Source: Escherichia phage vB_Eco_F25
Reading direction: 5' to 3' (one strand)
DNA: 64,000 nucleotides
Sequence record: OP870144.1
In this document: one piece after another, positions 49,461 through 58,855 of the stretch
Position numbering within the stretch: position 1 is the first letter of the stretch
Layout: each line of letters starts with the position of its first letter
Translations under genes and position numbers: made by a program
Notes under the pieces: model-generated
What the model saw: only the letters and a program-made list of their open reading frames with translations
Told to the model about the DNA's origin: nothing
Databases searched by the model: none

Positions 49461-49845
49461 TTACGCGGAATAAGATTGAACAGACTATATAAGTACCACA
49501 TATAGATTGAACTAATGCCATTCCAAAGAACCAAACAATATTATCAAACCATGTCTGTTTTACGTCGAAAGGACGTAAACTTACAGTAATATTATCACCT
49601 TTTTCTATTGAAGAATACATCTCTGGGGAAATATATTCACTAAATCTATAACCGTCTTTTAGTTCATATACGGCAATAAATGATAAACTAGACCCTTTTC
49701 CTTGTGTTCCTGTAATGGTATTAACTACAGTAACATCATAATCTTTATAATGCATATAATCATTAATTGCGTAATAACCATATGCAACTACTACACATAA
49801 ACAACATATCAATAAATTCAATCTTTTAATTATCAACTGTTTCAT
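49444..49845 (-). CDS. Hypothetical membrane-anchored protein
   Basis: 133 aa; N-terminal hydrophobic LLICCLCVVVAYGYYAI. Confidence 0.45.
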   Translation of the reverse strand: MKQLIIKRLNLLICCLCVVVAYGYYAINDYMHYKDYDVTVVNTITGTQGKGSSLSFIAVYELKDGYRFSEYISPEMYSSIEKGDNITVSLRPFDVKQTWFDNIVWFFGMALVQSICGTYIVCSILFRVIGKIE

Positions 49846-49900
49846 AATAATCTCAATTAAAAGGGCTTAAAACCATTATACCATCCTTGGTATAAAGCGG

Positions 49901-50428
49901 TTATGCGAGTACCGTCTTTAACCGTTCTTCAAACTTCCGAAGAGTATTTTGGCGTTCAGCTCTTTGCTTTTTGTAAGTTTCAATACGCTCTGAAATGAGA
50001 GTGTATCGTTCATTTACTGATTCTTTCATAAAATCAGGAATTTCACGAGAAGCTTTAATCTCGTCAAATTTATCAATAACAGCTTGCTCTTCAGCAATTA
50101 AGTTATCATACATTAAAATATCTTTCTTGATGAACTCAATATCTTCTTGAGTTACACGAGATAATTTAGATGCTTTATCCTTTTTGTACTGTTCATTAGT
50201 ATCACGAGACCAGTGTAATGTACGATTTTTATTCGTATTCTTGTAAATTTCTACAATACCAATCTCATCAATAATAACGATCCAATTCCAACGGGATTTG
50301 TAAATTTGTCCTCCATCAACTGTGATTTCACCTCCGATTGAGATGTCATTAAAGAACTTGCTTTGTGCTTCTGATTTAAATTTACCATCGTTGTAATTTA
50401 CCAGGTTGAAAATATCTTTAGCGTTCAT
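49901..50428 (-). CDS. Hypothetical protein
   Basis: 175-aa ORF directly downstream of an early promoter. Confidence 0.5.
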   Translation of the reverse strand: MNAKDIFNLVNYNDGKFKSEAQSKFFNDISIGGEITVDGGQIYKSRWNWIVIIDEIGIVEIYKNTNKNRTLHWSRDTNEQYKKDKASKLSRVTQEDIEFIKKDILMYDNLIAEEQAVIDKFDEIKASREIPDFMKESVNERYTLISERIETYKKQRAERQNTLRKFEERLKTVLA

Positions 50429-50456
50429 TTTGTGTTCCTCCGTAGTTGATAGTTGT

Positions 50457-50486
50457 ATAGTACCACAGAGGAACAGTCTTGTAAAC
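50457..50486 (-). promoter_or_regulatory. T4-type early promoter (-10 TACTAT) with conserved leader ACAACTATCAAC
   Basis: GTTTAC(50486-50481), 18-nt spacer, TACTAT(50462-50457). Confidence 0.5.
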
Positions 50487-50488
50487 CA

Positions 50489-50803
50489 CTAAAAGAAACT
50501 TCTTTCACAATTTTTTCCACTGAACCATGCACTTACCGCTTTCTTAGTCTCAGGAGCAGTGTTATCCATAAACCATTCAAAGGCAGCCTTTTTATGATTC
50601 TGGAGGGCTTCTCGGGCTTTAATCTGCTCACGGTCTATTAACACTAACATATGAGCCTTTCTTGTCACCAGGGGCTTCTTATGATTCTTGGAGTATTCCC
50701 AGTCATTTGTCCAACGCATTGTCGTTGCGAACTGATGAACCGCGTCTTTAATTTTAGTTTCGTAAATTTCACGAGCCTTTGAGTATAACATCACTACCTC
50801 CAT
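50489..50803 (-). CDS. Hypothetical protein
   Basis: 104-aa ORF. Confidence 0.45.
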   Translation of the reverse strand: MEVVMLYSKAREIYETKIKDAVHQFATTMRWTNDWEYSKNHKKPLVTRKAHMLVLIDREQIKAREALQNHKKAAFEWFMDNTAPETKKAVSAWFSGKNCERSFF

Positions 50804-50873
50804 TTACCAGTTTAATTCTAGTCATCTTTTTGATGGCAGTCCATATAATCTATTTCTGAACTGCCTTTTTGTC

Positions 50874-51593
50874 TTAGGATTCTTCTAAATGTCTTTTCTG
50901 AAAAGTTGATACCATACTACGATACGGTTCATTTGGATATCCGTGTTTTATAGCTTCCTTTGTAAATTTTCTCCATCCGCATTTAGTTTCTTTCCAAAGC
51001 TCGAATAATTCATCTTCATACTGCCATATAGTTAAATGAGAACGCTTTGCAGCTTTAATTCCATTAATATGCTTTTCTTTTACTGCAGGATTGCTTAGTT
51101 TCTTTTTAATAATATTACTAACTTTTCTAACAAAAACCGGGTCCTTATATCGTTGCGAAGTTTTTATTGAAGTGTTTAATTTAGCTTCCGGCGTGGATGT
51201 GACCTCTTTCATCTTTTTCTTCATATGCTGTATATGATTAGGATTTTTCCATAAATTTATAGAATGCTTTTTGCATTTTATCCTAGTTTCATCTGCAACC
51301 TTTCCTCCTTCACCCCCGTATGACAGGTTAACACAGTTTTTTCCATATTTCAATTTACCTGCCATGATATATAATATTTCAGCTTGTACCATTTTATCAT
51401 AATTATCAAAAACTTCTAAAACCGTTTTTGATAATATGTGGTCATTTGACACTTTTACACGTTCTATATAATTTCCACTACCAACATACGAATCATTGAT
51501 GTTATTAGTTATATGTCGACCATAATAGTATTTCTTAATACCTGTCTTTAAATTTAATATTTCAGTTTTATAGATAGTAAAATATTTTTTCAT
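50874..51593 (-). CDS. GIY-YIG family homing endonuclease (Seg-like)
   Basis: 239 aa; N-terminal FTIYKTEILN...KYYYGRH GIY-YIG-type motif; C-terminal basic repeats SNPAVKEKH. Confidence 0.6.
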   Translation of the reverse strand: MKKYFTIYKTEILNLKTGIKKYYYGRHITNNINDSYVGSGNYIERVKVSNDHILSKTVLEVFDNYDKMVQAEILYIMAGKLKYGKNCVNLSYGGEGGKVADETRIKCKKHSINLWKNPNHIQHMKKKMKEVTSTPEAKLNTSIKTSQRYKDPVFVRKVSNIIKKKLSNPAVKEKHINGIKAAKRSHLTIWQYEDELFELWKETKCGWRKFTKEAIKHGYPNEPYRSMVSTFQKRHLEES

Positions 51594-52558
51594 TTTAATA
51601 ATACCGTTTCAGCAATTTCTTCCCAATGGTTTTTGTCGGTCATAATAAAGTCAGCAAGATAAAGAGCAGTACGCAGTGAAACATTACGTAAACGGTTAAC
51701 ATTGACTTTCATCCATGATAATGCTTTATAAGTTTCTTCATCAGAAAGACCGCGTTTTTGCATCATGTCAGTTGAAAGAATAACATCTTCAACCCTAACC
51801 ATAATTTCTTCATTAGTGTGAACACCCAAATCTAAATAAACTGAGCGGGACACTAATGCTTGTAAATGTGGAGCAAGTTTAGTACCACGGTCTAATTCGC
51901 GGTCAATATCAACGTTTGTGATAAAAACAATCGTTCCTTTAAATTCAAACTCACGCTCAATGCCTTTTTCTTCTAAGTAAGAAGATGCAGTGCTCCAGCA
52001 GACTTTACGGGTCTCTCCAGTGTCCAGAGCAGCTTTCAGAAGATTAAGAATGTCCATATCAGAGAAAACATCCACATCATCAATCAAAAGGACAGAATTC
52101 TCTTCACGATTATTCCAGAGCTGTTCATAAAGACCGATACCAGAGATTTTACCATTAATGCTTTTATACTCAATGTATCCAATATCATTTGCTTTATTTA
52201 AAGCTTTATCTAAAGAATACGTTTTACCAATACCTGCCGCACCAGAGATAATTAATGAACGAATGTTTCCGTTAATAATACCATTCGTCATCATTCCCAT
52301 AACATTAAATCTTTTATTAATGCGGGTTTTCATATCTTCATATGATTCTTTAACTTCTTCAACTTTTACACCATCATATGAAATGTCTGATTTGTAAACC
52401 CAAACACCGCGACGCTTACCGTCAATTTCAACAAAAACTTTACCATCTCCTTGTGCATCTACCGGAGCATTATCTGGGAACCACTCACCTAAGAGCTCAA
52501 AAGTTCCAGAGATTTCTTTACCGAAGTAGATACCCTTATTGATAGTTACAGTTTTCAT
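51590..52558 (-). CDS. P-loop ATPase (AAA-like) with N-terminal extension
   Basis: ATG at 52556-52558 with GGAG Shine-Dalgarno; Walker A GAAGIGKTYSL and Walker B VLLIDDVD. Confidence 0.6.
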   Translation of the reverse strand: MKTVTINKGIYFGKEISGTFELLGEWFPDNAPVDAQGDGKVFVEIDGKRRGVWVYKSDISYDGVKVEEVKESYEDMKTRINKRFNVMGMMTNGIINGNIRSLIISGAAGIGKTYSLDKALNKANDIGYIEYKSINGKISGIGLYEQLWNNREENSVLLIDDVDVFSDMDILNLLKAALDTGETRKVCWSTASSYLEEKGIEREFEFKGTIVFITNVDIDRELDRGTKLAPHLQALVSRSVYLDLGVHTNEEIMVRVEDVILSTDMMQKRGLSDEETYKALSWMKVNVNRLRNVSLRTALYLADFIMTDKNHWEEIAETVLLK

Positions 52559-52592
52559 TTTATTCTCCAAATCCGTATCAGTTGATAGTTGT

Positions 52593-52622
52593 ATAGTACC
52601 ATAAAGCTTTATGCTTGTAAAC
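52593..52622 (-). promoter_or_regulatory. T4-type early promoter (-10 TACTAT)
   Basis: GTTTAC(52622-52617), 18-nt spacer, TACTAT(52598-52593). Confidence 0.5.
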
Positions 52623-52645
52623 CGTTTTGTGAAAAATTTTTGAAA

Positions 52646-52670
52646 TAAAAAAGGGAGCCCGAAGGCTCCC
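52646..52670 (-). terminator. Rho-independent terminator (UUCG tetraloop + U-run)
   Basis: Minus-strand GGGAGCC-UUCG-GGCUCCC followed by UUUUUU. Confidence 0.65.
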
Positions 52671-52672
52671 TA

Positions 52673-53683
52673 TCATTTATAATAACTTTGGTGGTTTTCA
52701 AGATAAACCTTCTCAAGGAAGTCATCCCAGAAACCCATGTCTACTTTTTGCTGCATACCGTTCTTAGAAGCTTCAGTAGATGCTGCTTCTACTTGATCGA
52801 CCACATCTTCCAAAAACTCTTGAACCGTTTTAAATGGATGTTTACCCAACTTCACGTCGAGAATAAATGGAGCATCTTGAAGTGGATAGACTAAGTCACC
52901 AGTTTTGTAAATTTCCAATAGTTGGAGTCCACCACGACAAGCATGACTCAGAGCTTTCCAGTCAATGCCCTCATTCGCTTCAGCCTTACGAGCGCGTTCG
53001 CCGTATTCAGCATCAAGTTTATTCAAAGACTGCTTAAGCTCAATAAGAGAAAGCGTTGTTTGATATTTACGACCCAACACAGTGTAGAACGTTTGTGGGC
53101 CTGTTTTCTCATGATTATGAAATACCCATTCACAGAATTCATTCTCTGGAAGACGATGCTTAATATCTTCAACTTTAGTGCGACGCTGCTTAATAGAACC
53201 ATCTTCTTGGTAATCAACCCATTGCTCAGGGATTTGATTAACTACTTTCAATACATCACGTAATGCAGCCAAACGAGAACCCTTGACACCATATTTAGAG
53301 GCTTGTTTACGAACATACCCTAAATAGGATTTCATATTAGTTGTATAGAAACGAGATCGGTTGTCTTGAATAAACTTCCACACATCAGGCAAATCAGATT
53401 TAACCACTAGTTCAGGTGGAGTGTGAAGCATATCTAATGCTACAGTTTCACCATCTGCTGCTAATTTAAAGAAATACTTAAGACTGTATAGTTCATGGTC
53501 AATATCATCTTTAGTGTTTTTAGATGATGTGTTGTTAGTGTTTTTACTCATATGCTCTTTAACATTTCCGATAAGAATATCGCGAGCAGGAGGAACAAAG
53601 ATTTCTTTAAAATCTACATCAGATTCTGGGGTAGAAGTTCCATAAAGATGACTACCAAAATAAGACTTAACTACAGTTTTCAT
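52673..53683 (-). CDS. Polymerase-beta superfamily nucleotidyltransferase-like protein
   Basis: ATG at 53681-53683; N-terminal YFGSHLYGTSTPESDVDF (GS...D.D) and downstream DDIDHE; long helical C-terminal region. Confidence 0.55.
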   Translation of the reverse strand: MKTVVKSYFGSHLYGTSTPESDVDFKEIFVPPARDILIGNVKEHMSKNTNNTSSKNTKDDIDHELYSLKYFFKLAADGETVALDMLHTPPELVVKSDLPDVWKFIQDNRSRFYTTNMKSYLGYVRKQASKYGVKGSRLAALRDVLKVVNQIPEQWVDYQEDGSIKQRRTKVEDIKHRLPENEFCEWVFHNHEKTGPQTFYTVLGRKYQTTLSLIELKQSLNKLDAEYGERARKAEANEGIDWKALSHACRGGLQLLEIYKTGDLVYPLQDAPFILDVKLGKHPFKTVQEFLEDVVDQVEAASTEASKNGMQQKVDMGFWDDFLEKVYLENHQSYYK

Positions 53684-54446
53684 TATTAGACCTTTCATAA
53701 TCTTCATTAAATTGTACAATCAATCGATGATAATTAGATTTTGGATATCCTAATTTACTTATATAAGTTCCGAATGACCCACGTTTAGGTCTATTTAATT
53801 TAATCCATAACTTATAAAGTAAGTCATAGTCTTGCCAATGTTTACCAGTTCTTTGTCTAATTTTAGATGAATTTGATTGTTTCTTTTTAGTTTCAAAATT
53901 ATTCAAAGATTTTTTGACTGCAGCAGAGTGTTTTTCTTTAACTCCCGGTCGTTTAAAAGCAGCTTTCACCCCTTTAGATATTTTTTCTTTAACTTCCGGT
54001 TTGTTTTGTGCTTCTAACTGGGATTCTGAAATTTTAGCCCTTATTTCAGGAAGACTTAATGTTATCGAACGTTTTTCTCTGTATTCATTAGACTTCCACA
54101 TTTCTTTCATTGTATTAGAATGTATTTTTGAAAATTTTTCTCTAACTAACTGATATCCTCTTGAAGTTAATTTGAGATTTCTTCCTAAAGAATCTTCTCC
54201 AAAATTATAAAATGACCACCATGCATAAATTAATCCAGGCGAATTATAATGAATTTTAGCTAAAAGCCAATGGGCTATAAAATGCTCTCTAGCTGTTAAT
54301 AAAACTAGATTATCAGAATCATCATTACCACCAATACAAGATGGAATAATATGATGCTTTTCCGTATAAAAATTTAATTTAGATTTATCTAATTTTCTGA
54401 GTTTTCCTTTCTTAATTAAATTATTATATACTTTAGTATAATTCAT
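53667..54446 (-). CDS. HNH homing endonuclease (MobD-like)
   Basis: 259 aa; EKHHIIPSCIGGNDDSDNLVLLTAREHFIAHW HNH motif; C-terminal KPEVKEK/RPGVKEK repeats. Confidence 0.75.
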   Translation of the reverse strand: MNYTKVYNNLIKKGKLRKLDKSKLNFYTEKHHIIPSCIGGNDDSDNLVLLTAREHFIAHWLLAKIHYNSPGLIYAWWSFYNFGEDSLGRNLKLTSRGYQLVREKFSKIHSNTMKEMWKSNEYREKRSITLSLPEIRAKISESQLEAQNKPEVKEKISKGVKAAFKRPGVKEKHSAAVKKSLNNFETKKKQSNSSKIRQRTGKHWQDYDLLYKLWIKLNRPKRGSFGTYISKLGYPKSNYHRLIVQFNEDYERSNNENCS

Positions 54447-54520
54447 TGGTTCTTCGTCTCATTTAATTTTGCTTTGCATTTATAACACATGTCTGTTCCA
54501 CTTGAAATAAACATATTTCC

Positions 54521-55087
54521 TCACTTTGAAATCATAGTTGGAATGACAGAATCAAGATAAGTCTTTAGCGCAATAGCTTCGTCTTTTGTAAATGTAACAA
54601 TATGTGCTCGAAAATCGTCAATTTGGCGAATAGTTAAGACATCTCCTTCTTCATAACATTTTGATACATTTAAAACAGTTTCATCATTCTGATCGCACTG
54701 ATCGCAAGCGTTAGTAATAATAGCATTGCAATTTTTGAGCCATTTTAAACTATGTTTTCTTTCATTAGAATAATAAAAATATTTAATCTTAGCTATAAAA
54801 CTATCCCAATGGATAACTGATAAACACATTGACTCACTTTTAATATTAAATCCTGGGCATGAAGAATAAAAATGAATTTTGTGCTCATCATTGATGCTTA
54901 CTATTTTATCAGTATAAGGATATTCAATTTGGATTAAATGAACGATTTCACTAGGCGTAAAATATAGCATATCGTCTTCTTGCGTCAAACGATACATGTT
55001 ATTTACTTTTTCTATAGCCAATTCACCAAAAAGCGGACTAACTTCTAATACTAATCGTTTCATATTGATTCTCTTCGACTCACTCAC
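54521..55087 (-). CDS. Hypothetical protein
   Basis: 188-aa ORF; possible start at an internal Met. Confidence 0.45.
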   Translation of the reverse strand: MSESKRINMKRLVLEVSPLFGELAIEKVNNMYRLTQEDDMLYFTPSEIVHLIQIEYPYTDKIVSINDEHKIHFYSSCPGFNIKSESMCLSVIHWDSFIAKIKYFYYSNERKHSLKWLKNCNAIITNACDQCDQNDETVLNVSKCYEEGDVLTIRQIDDFRAHIVTFTKDEAIALKTYLDSVIPTMISK

Positions 55088-55254
55088 AATTACATACTCC
55101 TTTGAATAATATCAATAATGTTGTTCACCAGATTATAAGTAAACATTGGGTAATTATATTGAATCATCACATACACAATAAACAAAAATTTCATTCTCTT
55201 CTCCTTGGCAGTTGACAAGGTTATGGTATAGTAATCTTGTCAACTTGTAAACCA

Positions 55255-55428
55255 TTAAATGACGTTTTCAATAAAATTCTGAAGCTTTGTGTGAGCATCA
55301 ACCATGATTTTCATTTCTTCTTTGGCAAAAGCTGTGCCTCTTTCACGAGAAGAACATTCATAGTCAGAAACTGCATTAGCATATTCTTCAATTAGTTTCA
55401 TTAAAAACATCTGCTTTTCAGTTTTCAT
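55255..55428 (-). CDS. Hypothetical small protein (57 aa)
   Basis: Hand-translated MKTEKQMFLMKLIEEYANAVSDYECSSRERGTAFAKEEMKIMVDAHTKLQNFIENVI; below ORF-track cut-off. Confidence 0.35.
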   Translation of the reverse strand: MKTEKQMFLMKLIEEYANAVSDYECSSRERGTAFAKEEMKIMVDAHTKLQNFIENVI

Positions 55429-55612
55429 TATTCCACCTAATCATTTCAAGATATTGAACTAACTTAGCTTTAGATTTATCCAAATCTCTTTTAGCTGCTT
55501 CTATACCGTCGTATGAATATCCTTCACAATGCTCAACTGCTAATTGATATGAATCTATTTCAATATCACGTGCTAATTTAATGATTTTTTCAAACTGTTC
55601 GTGTGTTAACAT
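55418..55612 (-). CDS. Hypothetical protein
   Basis: 64-aa ORF. Confidence 0.45.
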   Translation of the reverse strand: MLTHEQFEKIIKLARDIEIDSYQLAVEHCEGYSYDGIEAAKRDLDKSKAKLVQYLEMIRWNNEN

Positions 55613-55614
55613 AA

Positions 55615-55854
55615 TTAAACTCTCGTATTATGATCGATAATTTCATCAAGAAACATATCTAACGCTTCTATAGCATTATCAACTTTAGCTTCAAAGTCTT
55701 TAATGCCTTTATTCGAAATACCCGATGAATACCAAGCAAAGTCAATCAGCTCTTCATCTGCTTTACGAATTGAAGCCACTAATTCCTTGATTTTATCTGC
55801 TTGCTCTATACTAATCATTATTCCACCACATATGACAGAGAGAATATTGCACAC
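55615..55854 (-). CDS. Hypothetical protein
   Basis: 79-aa ORF. Confidence 0.45.
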
Positions 55855-56006
55855 GCCATGTGAGTTGCAACTTCATCACACATATTATAACGTTTCTTAA
55901 GAAGTTCTACAAGTTCTTCACTAGTAACTTCATCCATGTCGACGAAAAAATCACCATTAATGATGACGTAGATATTTCCTTCTTGATTGAGTGCTTCAAT
56001 TTTCAT
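55818..56006 (-). CDS. Hypothetical protein
   Basis: ATG at 56004-56006 ([10 protein letters not shown]...); the track start lies inside the promoter. Confidence 0.4.
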
Positions 56007-56034
56007 GATGTTCTCCTCTTTATCCGATAGTTGT

Positions 56035-56064
56035 ATAGTATCACAGCTCAAATGGAAAGTAAAC
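56035..56064 (-). promoter_or_regulatory. T4-type early promoter (-10 TACTAT)
   Basis: GTTTAC(56064-56059), 18-nt spacer, TACTAT(56040-56035). Confidence 0.5.
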
Positions 56065-56074
56065 CGGTAAAATG

Positions 56075-56097
56075 AAAAAAGTCTCCCGAAGGAGACT
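56075..56097 (-). terminator. Rho-independent terminator (UUCG tetraloop + U-run)
   Basis: Minus-strand AGUCUCC-UUCG-GGAGACU followed by UUUUUU. Confidence 0.65.
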
Positions 56098-56101
56098 AAT
56101 G

Positions 56102-56488
56102 TTATTCGAGGGAAAGAAGATACTTACTCTGGTAAAACATCCCAGTAATATCATCTATCGTGCTTTGAATGGCTGGAGGCATTTCTTTATAAATGCTGTT
56201 AGATTGGTCTAGTATGCGATCAATCATTTTAATTGTGTCGGTAGGAAGTTTACTGGCATCTGGAATTGAAGGCGTGTATTTTCTACCAGAATACCCCAAA
56301 TATTGCTCACCAAATTTATCAATCAAATCTGGCAATTCGGAGAAAATAAAATCGTATGCTTTGTGTCTAGCATAACTTTTAGTTTCAAAATGTGCAGAAT
56401 GAAAATAAGCTTGTGCAGCCATTAATAAACCTAAGTATTCATCTGCCTTTGAAGGTTTTCCACTTTGTGAAAAGTCGCTGAATTTCAT
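56102..56488 (-). CDS. rI.-1: rI.-1-like protein
   Basis: 128 aa immediately downstream of rI. Confidence 0.55.
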
Positions 56489-56778
56489 TCAGTCTCCAAT
56501 TTAATGTTCATAATTCTAGCGTATGATTGTGCCATCTCCGCGCCTCGTTCTATACATTCAAAATCAGAAGAGCACGGGTCATTTTTATAGGTCGTTCTCA
56601 TAAAACTATAGAACTGTTCAGATGATTCTACGCTTTTATTTTCAAAAAGCATATAAACATGTCTAATACCAGATTCCATAAATTTATCAAAATGAGGATC
56701 GACATTCGCTTCAATTGGTAGAGATAAAGCAAATGACAATCCTAGCATGGCAAATAGTGCCGTTGCTTTTAAGGCCAT
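56485..56778 (-). CDS. rI: Lysis inhibition regulator rI (antiholin partner)
   Basis: 97 aa; MALKATALFAMLGLSFALS...NVDPHFDKFMESGIRHVYMLFENKSVESSEQFYSFMRTTYKNDPCSSDFECIERG matches T4 rI. Confidence 0.92.
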   Translation of the reverse strand: MALKATALFAMLGLSFALSLPIEANVDPHFDKFMESGIRHVYMLFENKSVESSEQFYSFMRTTYKNDPCSSDFECIERGAEMAQSYARIMNIKLETE

Positions 56779-56787
56779 AAAGGCCTC

Positions 56788-57003
56788 CTACCATTTTTGT
56801 CCTGTATTTACTTTATGCCGATGCACGGCCTTAACTTTATCAAGGTATTTTTCAAAATTTCGCAATCTAGTATAGTCTGCCGGAGATTGGTTGAGTGATA
56901 CTTCTCGACGCAAAGCTGAAATGATATTTCCAACTTCCCTACGAATTTCATCTAATTGAAGCACAGTAAGATTGCGAAGTTGCTTTTCAGTTAATTGTAG
57001 CAT
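56788..57003 (-). CDS. rI.1: rI.1-like protein
   Basis: 71-aa ORF between rI and tk. Confidence 0.5.
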
Positions 57004-57045
57004 ATATACCCCTTTAGTTAGATAAACCTATTTATAACTTTTGCA

Positions 57046-57627
57046 CTAACCAAGCTTTTTAGTTAATTCATTCCAATGTTTTCTACACAAAGAAACATAA
57101 ATTTCATCACCAATACAGATTTGATTACCTTCTTTAACTGGTGTTCCATCTTCCATTAATCGAGCTGTCATAATCGCTTTTTTGCCACAATGACAAACTG
57201 CCTTTAGTTCAATAAGTTTATCTGCAATCGCTAAAAGTTCTTTAGAACCTTCAAACAATTTTCCAGCGAAATCAGTCCTTAATCCATAAGCCATAACAGG
57301 AACATTATATGTATCAACAATTCGACTCAATTGATGCACTTGTTCAGTTTTTAAAAACTGGGCTTCATCTACAAATACGCAATGAATATCTTTTTGTGCT
57401 TCAGCCCATTTATAGAACTCGAAAATATCCATATCATCTGTAATAATATTCGCTTCCTGTTTAATTCCAATGCGAGAAACAACTTCACAGACAGAATCGC
57501 GAGTATCAATAGCAGGCTTAAGAACTAATACACTCATTCCACGTTCTTTATAATTATGTGCAGCAGTCAAAAGAGAAGCAGATTTTCCAGCATTCATTGC
57601 TGCATAAGTAAAAATTAAACTCGCCAT
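57046..57627 (-). CDS. tk: Thymidine kinase
   Basis: 193 aa, same as T4 Tk; P-loop AAMNAGKSASLL; zinc-binding CHCGKK. Confidence 0.92.
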   Translation of the reverse strand: MASLIFTYAAMNAGKSASLLTAAHNYKERGMSVLVLKPAIDTRDSVCEVVSRIGIKQEANIITDDMDIFEFYKWAEAQKDIHCVFVDEAQFLKTEQVHQLSRIVDTYNVPVMAYGLRTDFAGKLFEGSKELLAIADKLIELKAVCHCGKKAIMTARLMEDGTPVKEGNQICIGDEIYVSLCRKHWNELTKKLG

Positions 57628-57636
57628 ATCACCTTC

Positions 57637-57822
57637 TTAAAGCGTATTCACATAAGCTATTAATTCATTTTCTTTCTTATCAAACCGATCAGCAAATTCT
57701 TCCTGCTGTTCTGGAGATAGCGGGCCGTATTCATCATAAAAGGTGTTTGCTTCTATATGCTCATCTAGAAGTTCATGGATAAGCTCAAACAATTTATCTT
57801 TTTGTTCTTTACTCAGACTCAT
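57637..57822 (-). CDS. Hypothetical protein (tk.1 position)
   Basis: 61-aa acidic ORF. Confidence 0.45.
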   Translation of the reverse strand: MSLSKEQKDKLFELIHELLDEHIEANTFYDEYGPLSPEQQEEFADRFDKKENELIAYVNTL

Positions 57823-57992
57823 ATATTAATTTCCAGGAGTTTTAAAATAATTCGCTTTTGCTTAAATATTTCCATAGTTAAATGACCAGTATCTTTTTGA
57901 CCAATTCCAATGGCAAAACCTTTATTAACAGCGAGTTCAATTAAATTATCAAGCTCACGTAACACTTCGTATTGTAACTCAAAACTATTCAT
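57819..57992 (-). CDS. Hypothetical small protein (57 aa)
   Basis: Hand-translated ORF coupled to neighbours by overlapping ATGA at both ends; below ORF-track cut-off. Confidence 0.35.
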   Translation of the reverse strand: MNSFELQYEVLRELDNLIELAVNKGFAIGIGQKDTGHLTMEIFKQKRIILKLLEINI

Positions 57993-58216
57993 TTTGGTTT
58001 ACCTTCTTTAACGAAATCAGGATAAGGATAAAATCCTGAATAAAATCCTTCACCTTTATGATTGATGCATCCTTTATTAGAACAATAGCACCAATAATCG
58101 AAATCACAAGTCATTTCATCATTACATAAAGCAAAAACAACCGGCCACTTACACTTTTCACAATGGGCATTTTTAAGAATACTAGTTTGGCTCATAACCA
58201 TGTAACCTTTAAGCAA
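57989..58216 (-). CDS. Hypothetical Cys-rich protein
   Basis: 75 aa with many Cys/His (CEKCKW...CYCSNKGCINH). Confidence 0.45.
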   Translation of the reverse strand: MLKGYMVMSQTSILKNAHCEKCKWPVVFALCNDEMTCDFDYWCYCSNKGCINHKGEGFYSGFYPYPDFVKEGKPK

Positions 58217-58404
58217 TATTCTTCTACATGTTGTTTACGACCTTTCTTATCAATAAAGGTATATTCAACGAATGTTCCAATGTAGTCTTTATCTACATCA
58301 TGTGGACTATTAATTGGACATTTAGTACGGCAAATGCGTTCCCATTGACGAATAATTTCCACTTTATTTTTAGGGTCAAATGGATGCGGGTAATGTACTT
58401 TCAT
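58192..58404 (-). CDS. Hypothetical protein
   Basis: 70-aa ORF. Confidence 0.45.
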   Translation of the reverse strand: MKVHYPHPFDPKNKVEIIRQWERICRTKCPINSPHDVDKDYIGTFVEYTFIDKKGRKQHVEEYCLKVTWL

Positions 58405-58855
58405 AATCCACCACTATTAAATCAATATCAGGAGTAAACATGTCGATTAATTTAGAAACCTTATCCCAATCACCGCCAGCAATACCACAACCTATACGTG
58501 GAATGTAAATTACCGGTTTAAACAAAAGGGTTTCTGCCTGTAGATTTAATTCTATCATGCAGTTTACTAAAGCACCATAATCAAGATTAGGACCTGGTTC
58601 GTATTGCGTATACAAGTTATAACATATGCCAAAACCATTAGGTTTATGTTTAAAAACAATAGACATATCGCCTAATTTATCACGAGAACCGTACTCAGTT
58701 GTGGTCTTATCTATTTCTAAAATTTTGGGGTAGGCTCTTGCTAATTGACCCGCTACACCTGAACCCATAGTATGAAAACAGTTACACCCGTGCGCAATAA
58801 TATTACCTTCAAGAAAGAGGGCGACAATATCGCCCTTGATATATTTTACAATCAT
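58376..58855 (-). CDS. Macrodomain protein (TARG1/OARD1/DarG-like ADP-ribose hydrolase family)
   Basis: 159 aa; KGDIV...AHGCNCFHTMGSGVAGQLA and ...IPRIGCGIAGGDWDKV motifs match the TARG1-type macrodomain pattern. Confidence 0.65.
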   Translation of the reverse strand: MIVKYIKGDIVALFLEGNIIAHGCNCFHTMGSGVAGQLARAYPKILEIDKTTTEYGSRDKLGDMSIVFKHKPNGFGICYNLYTQYEPGPNLDYGALVNCMIELNLQAETLLFKPVIYIPRIGCGIAGGDWDKVSKLIDMFTPDIDLIVVDYESTLPASI

